A stretch of DNA of 63,798 nt, counting the filler, from Collodictyon triciliatum (Eukaryota): NCBI GenBank assembly GCA_043381765.1. It is 15 parts of 15 records of this genome, joined end to end, with 100 filler letters (N's around TTAATTAATTAA, not from the genome) between each part and the next. Parts side by side here need not be neighbours in the genome. Positions count along the whole stretch, not along the records: positions 43,520 to 47,766 come from JBHJMP010006330.1; positions 47,867 to 52,112 come from JBHJMP010006331.1; positions 52,213 to 56,455 come from JBHJMP010006332.1; positions 56,556 to 60,799 come from JBHJMP010006333.1; 11 more parts are not named here. One strand, given 5' to 3'. Made by a program: the position numbers and the translations under genes. Shown here one piece after another: positions 44,420-57,375 of this stretch. A model generated the notes under the pieces. It had not been told where the DNA came from and did no database searches. It saw only the letters and a list, made by a program, of their open reading frames with translations. The number at the start of each line of letters is the position of its first letter. The stretch's first letter is position 1.

Positions 44420-47200
44420 AATTCATATTTTTCAATAAGGCAAATCCTTTGTATGACTTTGTGTGGTGCCTTCAATACATCTCGAGCGAAACGAACCTGC
44501 GATTCGTCCAATCTTGTCCAACCTTTGGCGGGTGATCCGAACAACCGGCGGCAATGTCTGCATCGGTGCTGCCATCGCCTCAATATGGTTTGTGCGCTAT
44601 TCGCCTGTAGTATTTCCCGGAAATAGCCGCCTCGATTCAGACATCATCCAGAAGATTCCAACATCTGTTTTCAATCGGCTTTTATACATATCTGGAATTT
44701 GTAGCACTTCACTCATCTTGCTATCATTAGAGGGTCTGACGTCATTATATGATGCATAATGCAACGAATAAATGTGCTCCTGGTCATTGAATTACATGTT
44801 TGTCAGTACTCATGCGTTTCTGTCACACGAAATGGAACTATATGGATTTTGATGTAGTGCTTCCTCACAGGTTTTGATTCTTATCTGTCTTTGCTAGTTA
44901 GATGGTAATATATGCCCTCGCGCGTCCTTTCATCACCTTGGTCTATTTACCTAACAGTTTGTCTTCATTTTTTACTTTTTGAGAGACATAGCGGCCAAAG
45001 GCATCTTGCAAGACAGCCCCCAAAGTGACTGATTGAGCCAGCGCATATTGATAGCTATGGATTTAAAATCCTCATGATGTCATAACTAGAAGGCCGCCTC
45101 ACTCTTTCCGCCTGAGGTTGTATAAAGATACAATACGTAAGGGAGCCGAGTTGAGTCATAGTTTGAGCGAATCTTGTCGTCTCTTCAGCTTGCTAGCTCC
45201 GTAAATTATTTGTGAAAGAAATATGACAGACGACTGAGCATTGGACACGAGGATGAAAAAAGAGAGGAGCTCTTATATGCTGGCATGTAATTGCCCTCTC
45301 AAGATGTGTCGCCACGTGGAATGTGTGGGGAGAGCATGAGTTTTGTGTAGATAGAGACCACCACCCACACAGCAGCTGCGTGCAGGATAACGAGAATTCC
45401 TGTAGGTGTCAGGTACCATACGTCTTCGATGAAAAGAATTCAATCATGGGTATCAAAGTCACAGCCATTTTTTTCTGCTTTCATTTCTCTATTAGCTTTT
45501 TATCATGAGAAAAAAAGCCAAGGAAACCACCTTTCGCCTCTAGGACAAGAAATGAGCTGTAGACGAGACAGTAGAAACCCCCAGGCTGTGAGGTCGGAGT
45601 TTTTGTGTTTTGGGTGGAAAAAGAGAGTAAGAAAAAACAAGATAGAAAGGAGAGAAAGTATTCTCACACGCAGATATTCTACCCGAGGTGGTTCAGCTCC
45701 AACGCGATTTCTGGTTGTATTCGAGACTGAAAGAAGAGCGGATAAAGTTGTCGCGTCTATGAAAGTACACATATGGCTGTTACTTCTCGAATCGATTCCG
45801 GCGAGTCCTTTCAACAACCTATCTCAGACAAGATTTACATCCTATTTCATTCCACAGGATGAGTCTTTTGAGGGGACAACGGGTCACTTTCCTTGCGTTT
45901 CTTGCTGGGCGACTCTGACAAAAAGCAATACATCGTTGTTTGTCTGGAATTATCGGAAGTGGCGCTTGACCGCCCTCTGGTTTCGGAACTATGCGTAGCC
46001 GGCAGTGGACTTTGCTTTACCGGAGTATGGATATGCGTTTGTGGTTTTAGAATCATACGCTCCTGCTAGCTCGGACTGTCTTTAGTGCGTGAAGTTCCAA
46101 GGTTGGATTTGACTTGTGCTGTTTGCTCTTGCTCCTTGGTTCTCGGTGCAACGGGCTGGGGCGGGATAAACGAACTATCTTTGGTGGGCGCTGGTTCTTG
46201 TGTTGGCTTCGCTTTGGCGTATCCTTTCGGATAAGTAACGAAGACTGCCTTGATGCCTCCTATATTACTCATATTCATGTCAGTCTGAATGGGTAGTTTA
46301 AGTGGGATTTCTTTCGGGGTAGATGAATGGATACACTGCTCTTGGGTCTTGTGATGTGCGGGCTTGTCCAGTGTTGGCGGTGGAGGGACTCAGTGCGAGG
46401 ATTCTGAAGAGGAACCGAGATTTCTTTCCATGTCATTGTCGCTGTCGCTGTATGCGCGTATCTGCTGTGAGTGTTGCAGACTCTGATGTTGCCTGGCCTT
46501 AGCTTCCTTGACCCGTTGCTGCTTGTCTGCTTGGCATATGTATTCTTTTGCGGGCTTTTACTTGTCGTTCGCTGTTCGCGACTGGCGGAAGCTCTTTGAG
46601 GATGCACTTTAGACACTTCTTACCCATGACCGTAAACTTTGCAGGGAGCTGGTTCTTGTGACAAAGAAGCTTCACTATGGCCGTGTCTGTGAAGAAGCCT
46701 TTGCCCTTTTTTGATATCCATGTGGGTCGGTCTGAACGGCTTCAGCTCCTCACGAAGGAGTTGCGGCCACACGTCCAGCGGTAGTTTGTAGGTAATCACC
46801 GAGGTCTCTGTTGGTTTACTTCTGCTGAAGCTGATCGTAATATCGATCAAACTTACCTGCCTCAGTTCCAGAAGCTTTCGGGCGTTTTCTGCAGTGCGGA
46901 AGGCGATCAGGCAAAGGCCTTCGCTGTCCGGTAAGCGCAATTGGATGGACTCTTCCCTAAGTTTGTTCGCTTTCAAGAAGGAGGCGAGCGCATCTGCGAG
47001 CCTGCGGGCCTTGTTCTTGTTATAAACGACTTGCTCGACACTTAGCAAAAATATTATCCGCTCAGACAGACTTGCAGGCGGCTTCCTTGCACGGGTCTTC
47101 CTGGACTTACGTGCCACTCGGGGGTTTTCCGCACCAGCGTTGGAACCATAAGAACTGGCTGCTGCTTGCAAAGCCTTCGACGATACTTTAGTATGTATTT
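44420..47200 (-). mobile_element. Probable degenerate non-LTR retrotransposon (ORF1-like + decayed APE endonuclease remnants)
   Basis: Intronless, GC-richer block; 46620-47171 ORF with RRM-like CLIAFRTAENARKLLEL and YKLPLDVWPQLLREELKPF, continuing by frameshift (GFFTDTAIVKL); basic low-complexity tail; downstream broken frames ILFIEDVW and LRIVSLYN resemble APE motifs. No RT motif found. Confidence 0.5.
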
Positions 47201-47707
47201 TGCTTCGGAGATAACTAGTGAAAGTATTTATTATTCAAGAGACTCCGAGCACAGTCACGATATTGCTTTCTTCTTTACAAAGAACATAATACCGATGCAA
47301 TTAACTCGTAAAATGGAGCAACTTTATTTCCATTTTTTTTTTTTATTTAATGTCTGAAAGTCTGTCATGCCCAAGCTTGGTTTAGCAATGCAACACACTT
47401 GGCCTAACATCCATAGCCCAAGTAGATTCGTTCTCGAAAAAAGCAGGAGCATACATATTTAAAGCATAGCAATGGAGAGCAAAGGATTTCTTTACTGGCG
47501 AGAGGTGGAGTCAATAGGCAGCTTGTCAATTACGCCCCAGCAAAGTGCGAAGACACACCCGCAGCTCCTGTTTGGATTGTGATGTGGCGGCCGGACTTTG
47601 TCTTCATCAAGGCTCTTCATTTCCCATCGCGTTTGTCAGTATAAAAAAAGACGGACTCTCGAGCAAGGGGGTGGGAGAAGAAAAAGTAAATAAAACAATA
47701 ACAACAA

Positions 47708-47766
<59 letters not shown>

Positions 47767-48442
47767 NNNNNNNNNNNNNNNNNNNNNNNNNNNNNNNNNN
47801 NNNNNNNNNNTTAATTAATTAANNNNNNNNNNNNNNNNNNNNNNNNNNNNNNNNNNNNNNNNNNNNATAAAAAAGAATAAAAAAGAATAAAAAAGAATAA
47901 AAAGAATAAAAAAGAATAAAAAAGAATAAAAAAGAATAAAAAAGAATAAAAAAGAATAAAAAAGACTAAAAAGAAACTAAATAACGATAACGAGTGGCAA
48001 ATCAAAAGGAAGAGCCATATTCTCCGAACGTTGCTTTCCAAACAACTTGTCCAGTCGCATGCAGCCCCACAGCTTTTGTTGCCGATCTCAACACAGCAAC
48101 GCCCGACCGGGAAGGCCAAAGCGAGCAGCTGCTTGAGTCGAGACCGAATCCCCATTCCGATAAAGTGTTGATCTGCTTAGATCTATCTTGTGAGCTGATT
48201 CATGATAAAAAAACAATCCTACATGGAAAATACCCGCTTCTGGATATGGGAGGATGCGATGAGATCATTTGATTGCAACGAACGTCCTAACATGAACACC
48301 AAAATATAACCAAATGAGGCTAAATTATGTCAATATGTCTATGTTCCATTACTGGAAATGGCCACAGGGTGGTGTTTGCTGCAAAGAGATATGCCTTTCA
48401 ACTGTTTCGTTCTGGGTTTATTCTTGCGCGACTCCGGCAAAC

Positions 48443-51400
48443 TCAAGAGGTGTTGAACGGGTGCAGGGGTGGATGAGTAAATGGGTTGCAGGAATGGAGC
48501 GCAATGCGTGATGATGACGGATTCATAAGAGTTTGCGCGGTTAAAGTTTTGAGGTATAGGACTTCGGGAGGCAAAATCAGCGTGTCTTGCAGGTCGAGCG
48601 TGGCCAACCTCCGAGCTAATTCACGCGGGACAGATGCGATTGGGTTGCGGTTGGCATAGAGCCTTTGCAAGGAGACCATTTCGGTCAAAGAAACCGGGAT
48701 TTGTGTGATACGATTGTTGGATATCTTAATTTCTACCAGACTGCGACTCAGAACGGCCAAGGATGGTGGGAATGTGTAGAGCTTCATATCCGAGATATCT
48801 ACCGACCACGGCGGTCTCTTGTTAAAGGTTTTCCAAACAGCCTCGTCTTCAGCAGGGAGTGGGTTCGTTGAGAAATTCAGACGACTCAAATTGCTCAGGT
48901 GAGCGAGGTGTAGTGGAATGGTCGAAAAGAAGTTGAAGCTCAGATTCAGGGATATCAGAGAGCTTAAATGAGTGAAGCATTCAGGAATGGTTCGGAGTCT
49001 GTTGTGAGATAAATCCAAGAATGTCACTTGTAAAAATCGAGTCACCATGGAGTCTGGGATATTGGAGAGTGCCAAATTATTCAATTGAACTTTCCTGTGG
49101 CTTAGTTTGCTCTCTACGTTGATGAGCATGTCAGCATTACTGAGTGGATTTCGTGAAACGTCAAAGTGTTCCAGATTATCGAGCCCTTCGGCCACTCGTT
49201 CAGATAAACTACGAATCAAGTTTCCACGCAGAGACACCATCTTAAGCTTGGTCATCGGAAAGAGTCTTTCCACGAAAGATTCGAGAAGATTGAAGCACAG
49301 ATTCAGTGATTGCATGTGCCTCCAGCTACATAATTGATCATCTGCTATGTGACGAATCAGATTGTAAGACAGGTCTAGTCCTCGAAGTGAGGAGATACTA
49401 GCTAGTGCCGAAGGGATGGCATCGAAAAAGTTGCAGGAAAGATTGATTACCTGCAAGTTTTGTAAATGAGAGAATGATGCAGGAAGGGACTTAAGTTCAT
49501 TCGACGAGAAGTCAACAACTTTAATGGATGAGAATCCCTGCGGGATCGATGGAATTTGCTGAATTTTGTTACTGGACACGTCCAACAACTGGATGGAGGT
49601 AAATGCATATATTTCCATAGGTATCTCATCCAAACATGCATCACGCAGAACAAATTTCGTAGAGTCTGGTTCGGCATCGGATATTAGCTCGGCAATTTGT
49701 TCAAGGGATTCCTGTTGCTTCATTTTGTGATACCTTTCAAGAATTTCCTCATCTGCAATTATTGGTCGATTTTGCCAATTGGGAATGTGTGGTCCATCAT
49801 TTATCTTTTCTCTGAACTGGAACAAACTTTTAAGCATAGTGACCCGATTTTTTAGAGTTTCCAATTTGACAAGTTTTGGAAGGTTTGAAACAAAATCGGG
49901 GATTTCGATAAGGTAATTGTCCCCCAAATACAGCTTTTCCATGTTGGTGAGCGTTTCCAACCACTGCGGGATATAAGTCAGGTAGTTGGAGCGAGCATTC
50001 AGTACACGAAGTTTGGTAAACGGCTCTATTGCGGCAGGGATGTGAATGAAATGATTGGATTCCAAGCTGAGAAGTTCAAGGGAGTTGTACGGGGTGCTTA
50101 GAAATTCTAAAGTTGTCAATTTATTGAAAGCCAGATTGAGAGAGCGTAGGCTTTGAAAGGGTATCGTTTTTTCCCATTTATCAGCTAATCCAAGTTGATT
50201 CTTTGAGAGATTGAGCGTCTCGATATTAGTCAAGTCAGAGAATCCTTGTGGTAATTCAATCAGTGCATTTCCTGACAAATCCAAATGCTGGAGGCCTTTG
50301 TTCACCAGTATGATGTCTGGTGCTTCATAAAGGTGCAAGTCTTTGAAGGAGATCAAGTTCAAATGGGTAAAACAATTCAGATCGTGAGGCACCTTTCGTT
50401 CACAATTGAGTGTAGCACTCCATTTTAGATAAGAATTCTTTGCAATATCTCTCATTATCTTTGGTGGCAAAATTATTGGGTTGTTATCATAAACCAACCG
50501 GGTAGAGTTTTGTTCTTTTATGAAATGAAAGTTCAAGGCCTCAACTTTATTTCCTTTAACATTGATGGTTGATATATTTGGAAGTTCTGAGATGGAAAGT
50601 GGGATGCATCGAATCACATTAAGCGAAACGTCCAAGTATTGTAATTGAGTCAAATTGCTCCAGTTATTTGGGAGCGAAGACAACTGGTTGGAATGGATGA
50701 TGATGGAGCAGAGGCTGCTCAAATGCAACAGGTCAGTTGGAAATAGTTTGAATCTATTGTTGGATAGGTCGATGCATTGGAGATTTCTCGATTTTAAATC
50801 CTGTTTTTCCTCTATAAAGAGATTTGTAAGGTAGTTACTACTCAGATTGATGCTATCCAGGTTCAAGTGGCGGAACAGGTCCTTTGGAACGACCAACAAA
50901 CCGTTGTTGGACAGGTCCAAGTCACGAACAGCCTGTAGCTTTATAACAATCGAAAAATCTATGTATTCAGAGAGATTAATACGTACTTCCGTAATATGCT
51001 CGAAGAGGGGAATGTATGGAAGAACTGACTTCCCAAATCGACCAGAGAATCGAAAAGTGGAATCACATCGGATTGTTGAGTTTAAGAGTTGCACAATAAC
51101 TGGGTCGATCGGATTTTCAGAAAGGTCAAACAGCTTGAGTGAGTGAATGTTGACAACGGATGCAGGGATAACTTCAATACGATTCTTTGAGAGATTTACA
51201 TATTCCAAGCATTTCATATTCCCCATAGAGTTTGGTAAGTGTATGATTTGGTTTTGGGATAAATTCAGTTTTTTGAGAGCAAAGAGATTCGACATTTCCT
51301 CAGGGACTGTGATAATGTTATTGTTGGAGAGATTCAGGGAGATTAGGTTTGTAAGTTTTCCGACTCTGCGAGCCAAGTCACCGATATTTCCACCAATAAT

Positions 51401-51576
51401 GTCCAATCTTCGTAGTCCAGTCAAAGTATACACAGAGCTTGGAATGCGGTCATTTCCTGATAGGTTGAGAATCAAGACTACCAAGCATTTCGTATCCGGT
51501 AGACCGGGCTCCATTTCGATGTAGTCGTATATATATAAATGTAATATTTCTACGGTGTTCAGGTCGATACCTTTAG
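48443..51576 (-). CDS. Large leucine-rich-repeat protein (>1040 aa; one ~3.1-kb terminal exon, 5'-partial)
   Basis: About 30 LxxLxLSxNxL/IxxLP repeats; frame stays open upstream of the 51514 ATG to an AG acceptor at 51577-51578. Confidence 0.93.
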
Positions 51577-51644
51577 CTATATAAAGTAAAACAAAAGACT
51601 TTTCAATTTTTAACAGAATTTTTGTCTAGAGAAAACAGCTCGAA

Positions 51645-52112
51645 TAAAAAGAAAAAGAAGAAAAAGAAGAAAAAGAAGAAAAAGAAGAAAAAGAAGAAAA
51701 AGAAGAAAAAGAAGAAAAAGAAGAAAAAGAAGAAAAACAAGAAAAACAAGAAAAAGAAGAAAAAGAAGAAAAAGAAGAAAAAGAAGAAAAAGAAGAAAAA
51801 GAAGAAAAAGAAGAAAGTAGAAAGGAATAAAAGAAGAAAAGAAGAAAGAAGAAAGAAGAAAAGAAAGAAGAAAGAAGAAAGAAGAAAGAAGAAAAGAAAG
51901 AAGAAAAGAAAAAAGAAAAGAAGAAAAGAAGAAAAGAAGAAAAGAAGAAAAGAAGAAAAGAAGAGAAGAAAAGAAGAGAAGAAGAGAAGAAAAGAAGAAA
52001 AGAAGAAAAGAAGAAAAGAAGAAAAGAAGAGAAGAAAAGAAGAGAAGAAGAGAAGAAAAGAAGAGAAGAAGAGAAGAAAAGAAGAGAAGAAGAGAAGAAA
52101 AGAAGAGAAGAA
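51645..52112. repeat. Long purine-rich (GAA/AAAAG) compound microsatellite, intronic
   Basis: ~470 nt almost only A/G; source of the spurious K/R/E ORF. Confidence 0.92.
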
Positions 52113-52361
52113 NNNNNNNNNNNNNNNNNNNNNNNNNNNNNNNNNNNNNNNNNNNNTTAATTAATTAANNNNNNNNNNNNNNNNNNNNNNNNNNNNNNNN
52201 NNNNNNNNNNNNAATAATAAGAATAATAATAAGAATAATAATAAGAATAATAAGAATAATAATAAGAATAATAATAAGAATAATAATAATAAGAATATAA
52301 TAATAATAAGAATAATAATAATACGAATAATAATAAAAATGATAATAATAATCAAATGATT

Positions 52362-55300
52362 ACTCTTAACATGTCATCAAACTTGAGCTTCTCCTTCATG
52401 ATGATATCGCGCTGTCGGAGTAGTATCCCGACAGCAATAAAAAGGTGAAAATTATCACCTTTGTGCCTGCTCCACAATGACTAGAGTGAATTAAAAAAAA
52501 GGAAGGTACCTCAGGGGGCAACTATAGACTGAAAAACAAAACCTTATACGGAGAATGTCCATTATATTTGCAAATGAGAAAGATTGTATGTGCGGTGTTT
52601 GGTGTGAGCAGAAAGAAGTAAAAGAAGTAAAAGAAGTAAAAGAAGTAAAAGAAGTAAAAGAAGTAAAAGAAGTAAAAGAAGTAAAAGAAGTAAAAGAGGT
52701 AATAGAGGTAAAAAGGGAAAAGAAGAAAAAAAAACAATTTTTTCCAGACCTCCCACAACCGATTTATGTCATCATGAGAAAATTCTCTTTTAAACCGGAC
52801 AAGAATCCATCGATACATAAAGAACATGTTCACGGAATCGTTCTTTTCTGATTATGATAACCTTTTTGAGTTTTTTCCTTCATATATGTATAAAAAAGAA
52901 AGAAAAAATATGATATGCATGTGATATTCTAAATTATGTTTGATGCAGCCACAAACCCAAGTATAGATACAATGAAGGATCAAGATACTTCAACAGATTT
53001 CGGAGCTGCTCAAATTGCTCGTGAATTCCTTTCTGGTCTTGGCGAAAATTGCGAGCCTTTAATTTTATCCATCACCTTGTTTAGTTTTTTTTTTTCAAAA
53101 AAAGAAAAGAAAAGAAAAGAAAAGAAAAGAAAAGAAAAGAAAAGAAAAGAAAAGAAAAGAAAAGAAAAGAAAAGAAAAGAAAAGAAAAGAAAAGAAAAGG
53201 CGAAAAATATTTTCCCCGATTATAGCAGACGTGCTCAGGGAATACATAATTTATACATGACAATTCATAATTCCTTATTTGTAAGGATATATACAGTATT
53301 TCTCATGTCGCTGATGAAGCACCCGAAGGCCAATTCCTCGTCCTGAAGAATGCATAACATCGGGGATAGCAAGTCATTCATTCCTTGAACATAGCCTATT
53401 TCCCTGCCAAAGTTAACCATAGAAACAACCAAAACCCAAAAAAACCCAAAAAACAACTAAAATACATGTCACATGATATTAACGAGGAAAATCAAATATA
53501 ATTGCGACCTAAATCCCAATTGAAGAATGAATAGGACAGAAGGATATTATGGAGCTGTTTAAGCTGTGGGCTCTCATCTGACAGAAACAAGGGATGCTGT
53601 CTATCAGTGCGAACAACATCTTTCTCTACATAAGATGCGTTATGAAGTTTAGTGAAGTTATTCAAACGACAGAATACTGGGAAATGCCGTTTATGCAACT
53701 AACTGAATAATAAAAATAGCTATTGCACTTCCACTTAAATTCTGAAAAGAACAAAAATAAAAAAAAAACCTATTTGTGTCTTCCGGTCCTTATAAGGAGT
53801 GAAATTCTCTTCTTGCAAAGACGATATGTTGGACCATTGCAAAATTAAAGATTGATACAGTTTTCTAATGACATAAAAGTTTAATCAAGGCACAAAATAG
53901 GAATTTTAATTGAATTTTTCTTTTTCAGATGTATATAGTCAAGTATCACAAAGATACAGAATACCAAGGTAACAAACTTATTTTCTGCCAGAATCAACTC
54001 TCGCTGCTTGTAGGTTGATCCAAATGGATAGAGTCCAGTGATGTAGGGCCAAACTAGTATGCGGGCACTGTCTTCGACACCCTATTTTTCTTCTATATTA
54101 GATCTAGGTATTTCTGATATATGAAGAAAACGTTTCCTTTTACTCCAATTTATAATGACAATACACTTGATTTTAACATGGTTAATTACCCCGAAGAAAA
54201 TGAGCTTTCTAACTGCATGTTCTTTCTTAGAATCTATTCGCCCTTCGGAATCAAGTAGACTGTTCCAAAATTCCACTGGCATCGATTGTTTGACATCGAT
54301 TGTTTGACATCGATTGTTTGACATCGATAGTTTACACATATATCCCGATGTTTTTTTTTTAAAATTTTTTTTTTTTATAATTAAAATGCCGATTAGTCAG
54401 TGACTAAAAACCTGAGACTTTTTTGTGGGTTTTGATCTGGCCTGTGCGCTTAATGTCGAACCGTAAAGGCGGAACACTATGAATCTATGCAATGTACAAC
54501 GCATAGCCACATTTAGGTTTGTCATTATGTTTTCTTTTTCTTTTAATATTTTTTTTATGATTCAATTAACCCAGTAAACAAGCGAATAGAATTATCATTA
54601 ATTTATCGTGATGTTTGAATACCACACACATCTGATGCATCTGATCTCTGAATAACTTCAAATTCATCATCTCCGCCTACTTGTAGCGAGCTGGAGGTTG
54701 CTGCTGATTTATACATTTTTACCATCATGATAAAACATAAATCAAGCAAGGATAATATGAAAAAGTAACACAAAGTTACCCTCATGCTTCTTTGATTGCA
54801 GAATCGGAATATATTGCTTATTTTCAGTTCCAGTGCGCGTGACTGACTGACCTTATTTTTTATACTTATTAACAAACTTTCTATTCGGTAATAGCATAAA
54901 AATGGTAAGCAAAAAACGCATACTTGTCGTGGTGGCAATTTGGGAGGTAATTCGATAAACAGAATGTAAAATTTCAAACCAGCCAATCCCCTAAATATAG
55001 TGATTTAAATATGCCTGAAACTTTTCCTCTTTATTAGATTAACATGAAAAACAGAAGCAATGCGAAATGAAAGAACTAAGCCCGAGGGCGGACTCACGCT
55101 TGCAGTTGAATCAATTGGGTCGGTGGATAAAACCTTTTCAATGATTTTTGATCTTCGAATAATAATAAAATTACACTCAGGCATTTTGTCTTGAAGCCCG
55201 TAAGTTATATGATGAAACTTTTTTTTTTAACAAAGTAGGCGAGTACTACAATATCAAGAACGAAATAAATATTACTCACTCTTGAGCGACAACGAACAGA

Positions 55301-56230
55301 TTTGAATCGTTTTCAGATTGTACGAGTGGAAGAAAGTCGAAAAGATATTTGACTAAAGCATCTATCCCAGATTCACTAGCGTGGAAATAAAACGTTATGG
55401 GAGACGAGGACCCCTTTGTATTTATCGCTATGAATGGAGGACTTGACCGGGATATATGTTTTTGTATCGACAGGATATCTTGCACAGGAACTTTGATAGA
55501 GTACTGTTCACTTCCTATGGAAACTATGAAATAAAAAATTGAAAGAGACAGAATAATGCATCGAGGAATACTTCAAAGTTATTTGTTAATTTTTGAGCTG
55601 ATTGTACAGACGAAAATACATTTACCTGACGAATCTATCCCAGGGATAGAATATGATGGAGCCCATGCGATAAATACACAATCGCTGGAATCCTATTAAG
55701 TTGAAAATTCAATCTAATATAAAAAAGTACTAAATGTTCCAAATATAATACATGTGACTAAAGTTCTTGTCAGATGCGTTTTTTATTAAATTTTTTTTTA
55801 GATTTAACAATTATTATCAAACGTAAAAGTAATGCATAGCGTACATATATTTATTAATTATGATAAAATGCATATGTAAATTTCATGCCATTGTATAATC
55901 ATATACATGGTTAATCAAGAATACTCTTACCTGTATCAATTCAAGGTGCCCATTTATTTCACTCACTGCATCCAACATCGTGTGAATGTAAACTTCGGAT
56001 TGAGTGTAAATCTAGGACGCATATTGGTCAGGTGAGGACAATATGAGTCAACATGAGTCAACTCGCTTGATTAATGACAAGTATTCCAGAGTTTATAGTA
56101 TATTTGACTGTTACAACACAAACGCCTGTATATTAACATGTCGTGGGTATATTACTAATTTAAACGTTGGGGTAAGTGCAAAAATAAAATAAAAATAAGT
56201 CACCTTTTTCAATCTTGAAGAAGACTCCAT
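52362..56230 (-). CDS. TBC1D15: TBC-domain Rab GAP, TBC1D15/17 (Gyp7) family, 3'-partial
   Basis: N-terminal IYTQSEVYIH and FYFH motifs; LDSEGRI, EKDVVRTDR (Arg finger), DLGYVQGMNDLLSP (Gln finger), NMFFMYRWILVRFKREF...RLWE. Confidence 0.9.
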
Positions 56231-57063
56231 TTGATGCGTGCTGAATCGGTTAGTTTTTCTTCTTCTATCATAGGATTGATATAATTGTAAGGTAAAATTG
56301 TAAAATTGGCAGGCGAAGAAAATACTTCGTCTTACATCTACACAGCCAAGAATAAATAATAAAAGAATAAAAGAATAAAAGAATAAAAGAATAAAAGAAT
56401 AAAAGAATAAAAGAATAAAAATAAAAGAATAAAAATAAAAGAATAAAAGAAAAAANNNNNNNNNNNNNNNNNNNNNNNNNNNNNNNNNNNNNNNNNNNNT
56501 TAATTAATTAANNNNNNNNNNNNNNNNNNNNNNNNNNNNNNNNNNNNNNNNNNNNTTTGCAGCCACTTGGCAACGAAAAATGGTGATTTGCTGATTGATC
56601 AAAGGCGGTTGGGAAAGTCGGATTTGTTAAATGATACCTTTTTTGAATGAACGAACGCTTTTTCGGTTTCCAGAAAATACCCAGAATTGTTGGTGTGATT
56701 GTGTCTTCCCCTTTGGAAATACAGGAGATGGCAGCTTTGTAAGCACGTCTAACTTGTGCTATAGAATTTGAGTGTAATATTATATGATATAATGTATTTT
56801 TAATGGTTTAGAAATCATTATCTATTGTCTATAGATATAATATTGGGTATATAAATATATTCCATAGTTATATAATAACGATAACTATTTGTGGAAATAA
56901 TATACTTTTTCTCAAGGTAAAACTCGATTGGCGAAGATCCCGAGAGCTGAGTGGGTGAGTGAGATGGTGAGTGAGATGGTGAGATGGTGAGTGAGTGAGT
57001 GAGATGGTGAGTGAGTGGTTCAATATGAATGTATTTACTTATTTTTTCGTCTGCTCAGCACAC

Positions 57064-57276
57064 ATGTCGGAAGGCTCGGAGAATGAATATGTGCCTCTGT
57101 CTTCCCACTCGATGCAACAGTCCAGTGCACAAAAGAGCCTTGGCCGCTCATCAGAAGCATCCAAGAGTATGGTCGCATTTTTCATTCTTTTTTCTCCAGT
57201 AAATTCTGTGAGAACACTTTCTACACTAGAGCCGATTCAGCCCCTAACTTTTAATTTTTATTGTATTTTTATTGTA

Positions 57277-57375
<99 letters not shown>

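Noticed and set aside
47531-47616. Possible terminal exon ALMKTKSGRHITIQTGAAGVSSHFAGA* on the minus strand
   Set aside because: Too short to support or identify without its upstream exons.
51622-52355. Poly-K/R/E, poly-F, poly-L, poly-Y, poly-N and (LR)n ORFs throughout the ORF track
   Set aside because: Translations of intronic or intergenic microsatellites, often running into N gaps.
53270-53295. ATATCCTTAC resembling a U12 AT-AC donor in the TBC gene
   Set aside because: The GT donor 4 nt upstream with the AAG acceptor gives the expected in-frame MRNT/ARNF junction; no AT-AC intron is needed.
26123-56455. Apparent membrane-trafficking cluster (Rab-like, ATG3, CARMIL, TBC)
   Set aside because: The genes are on separate contigs placed together only by length.
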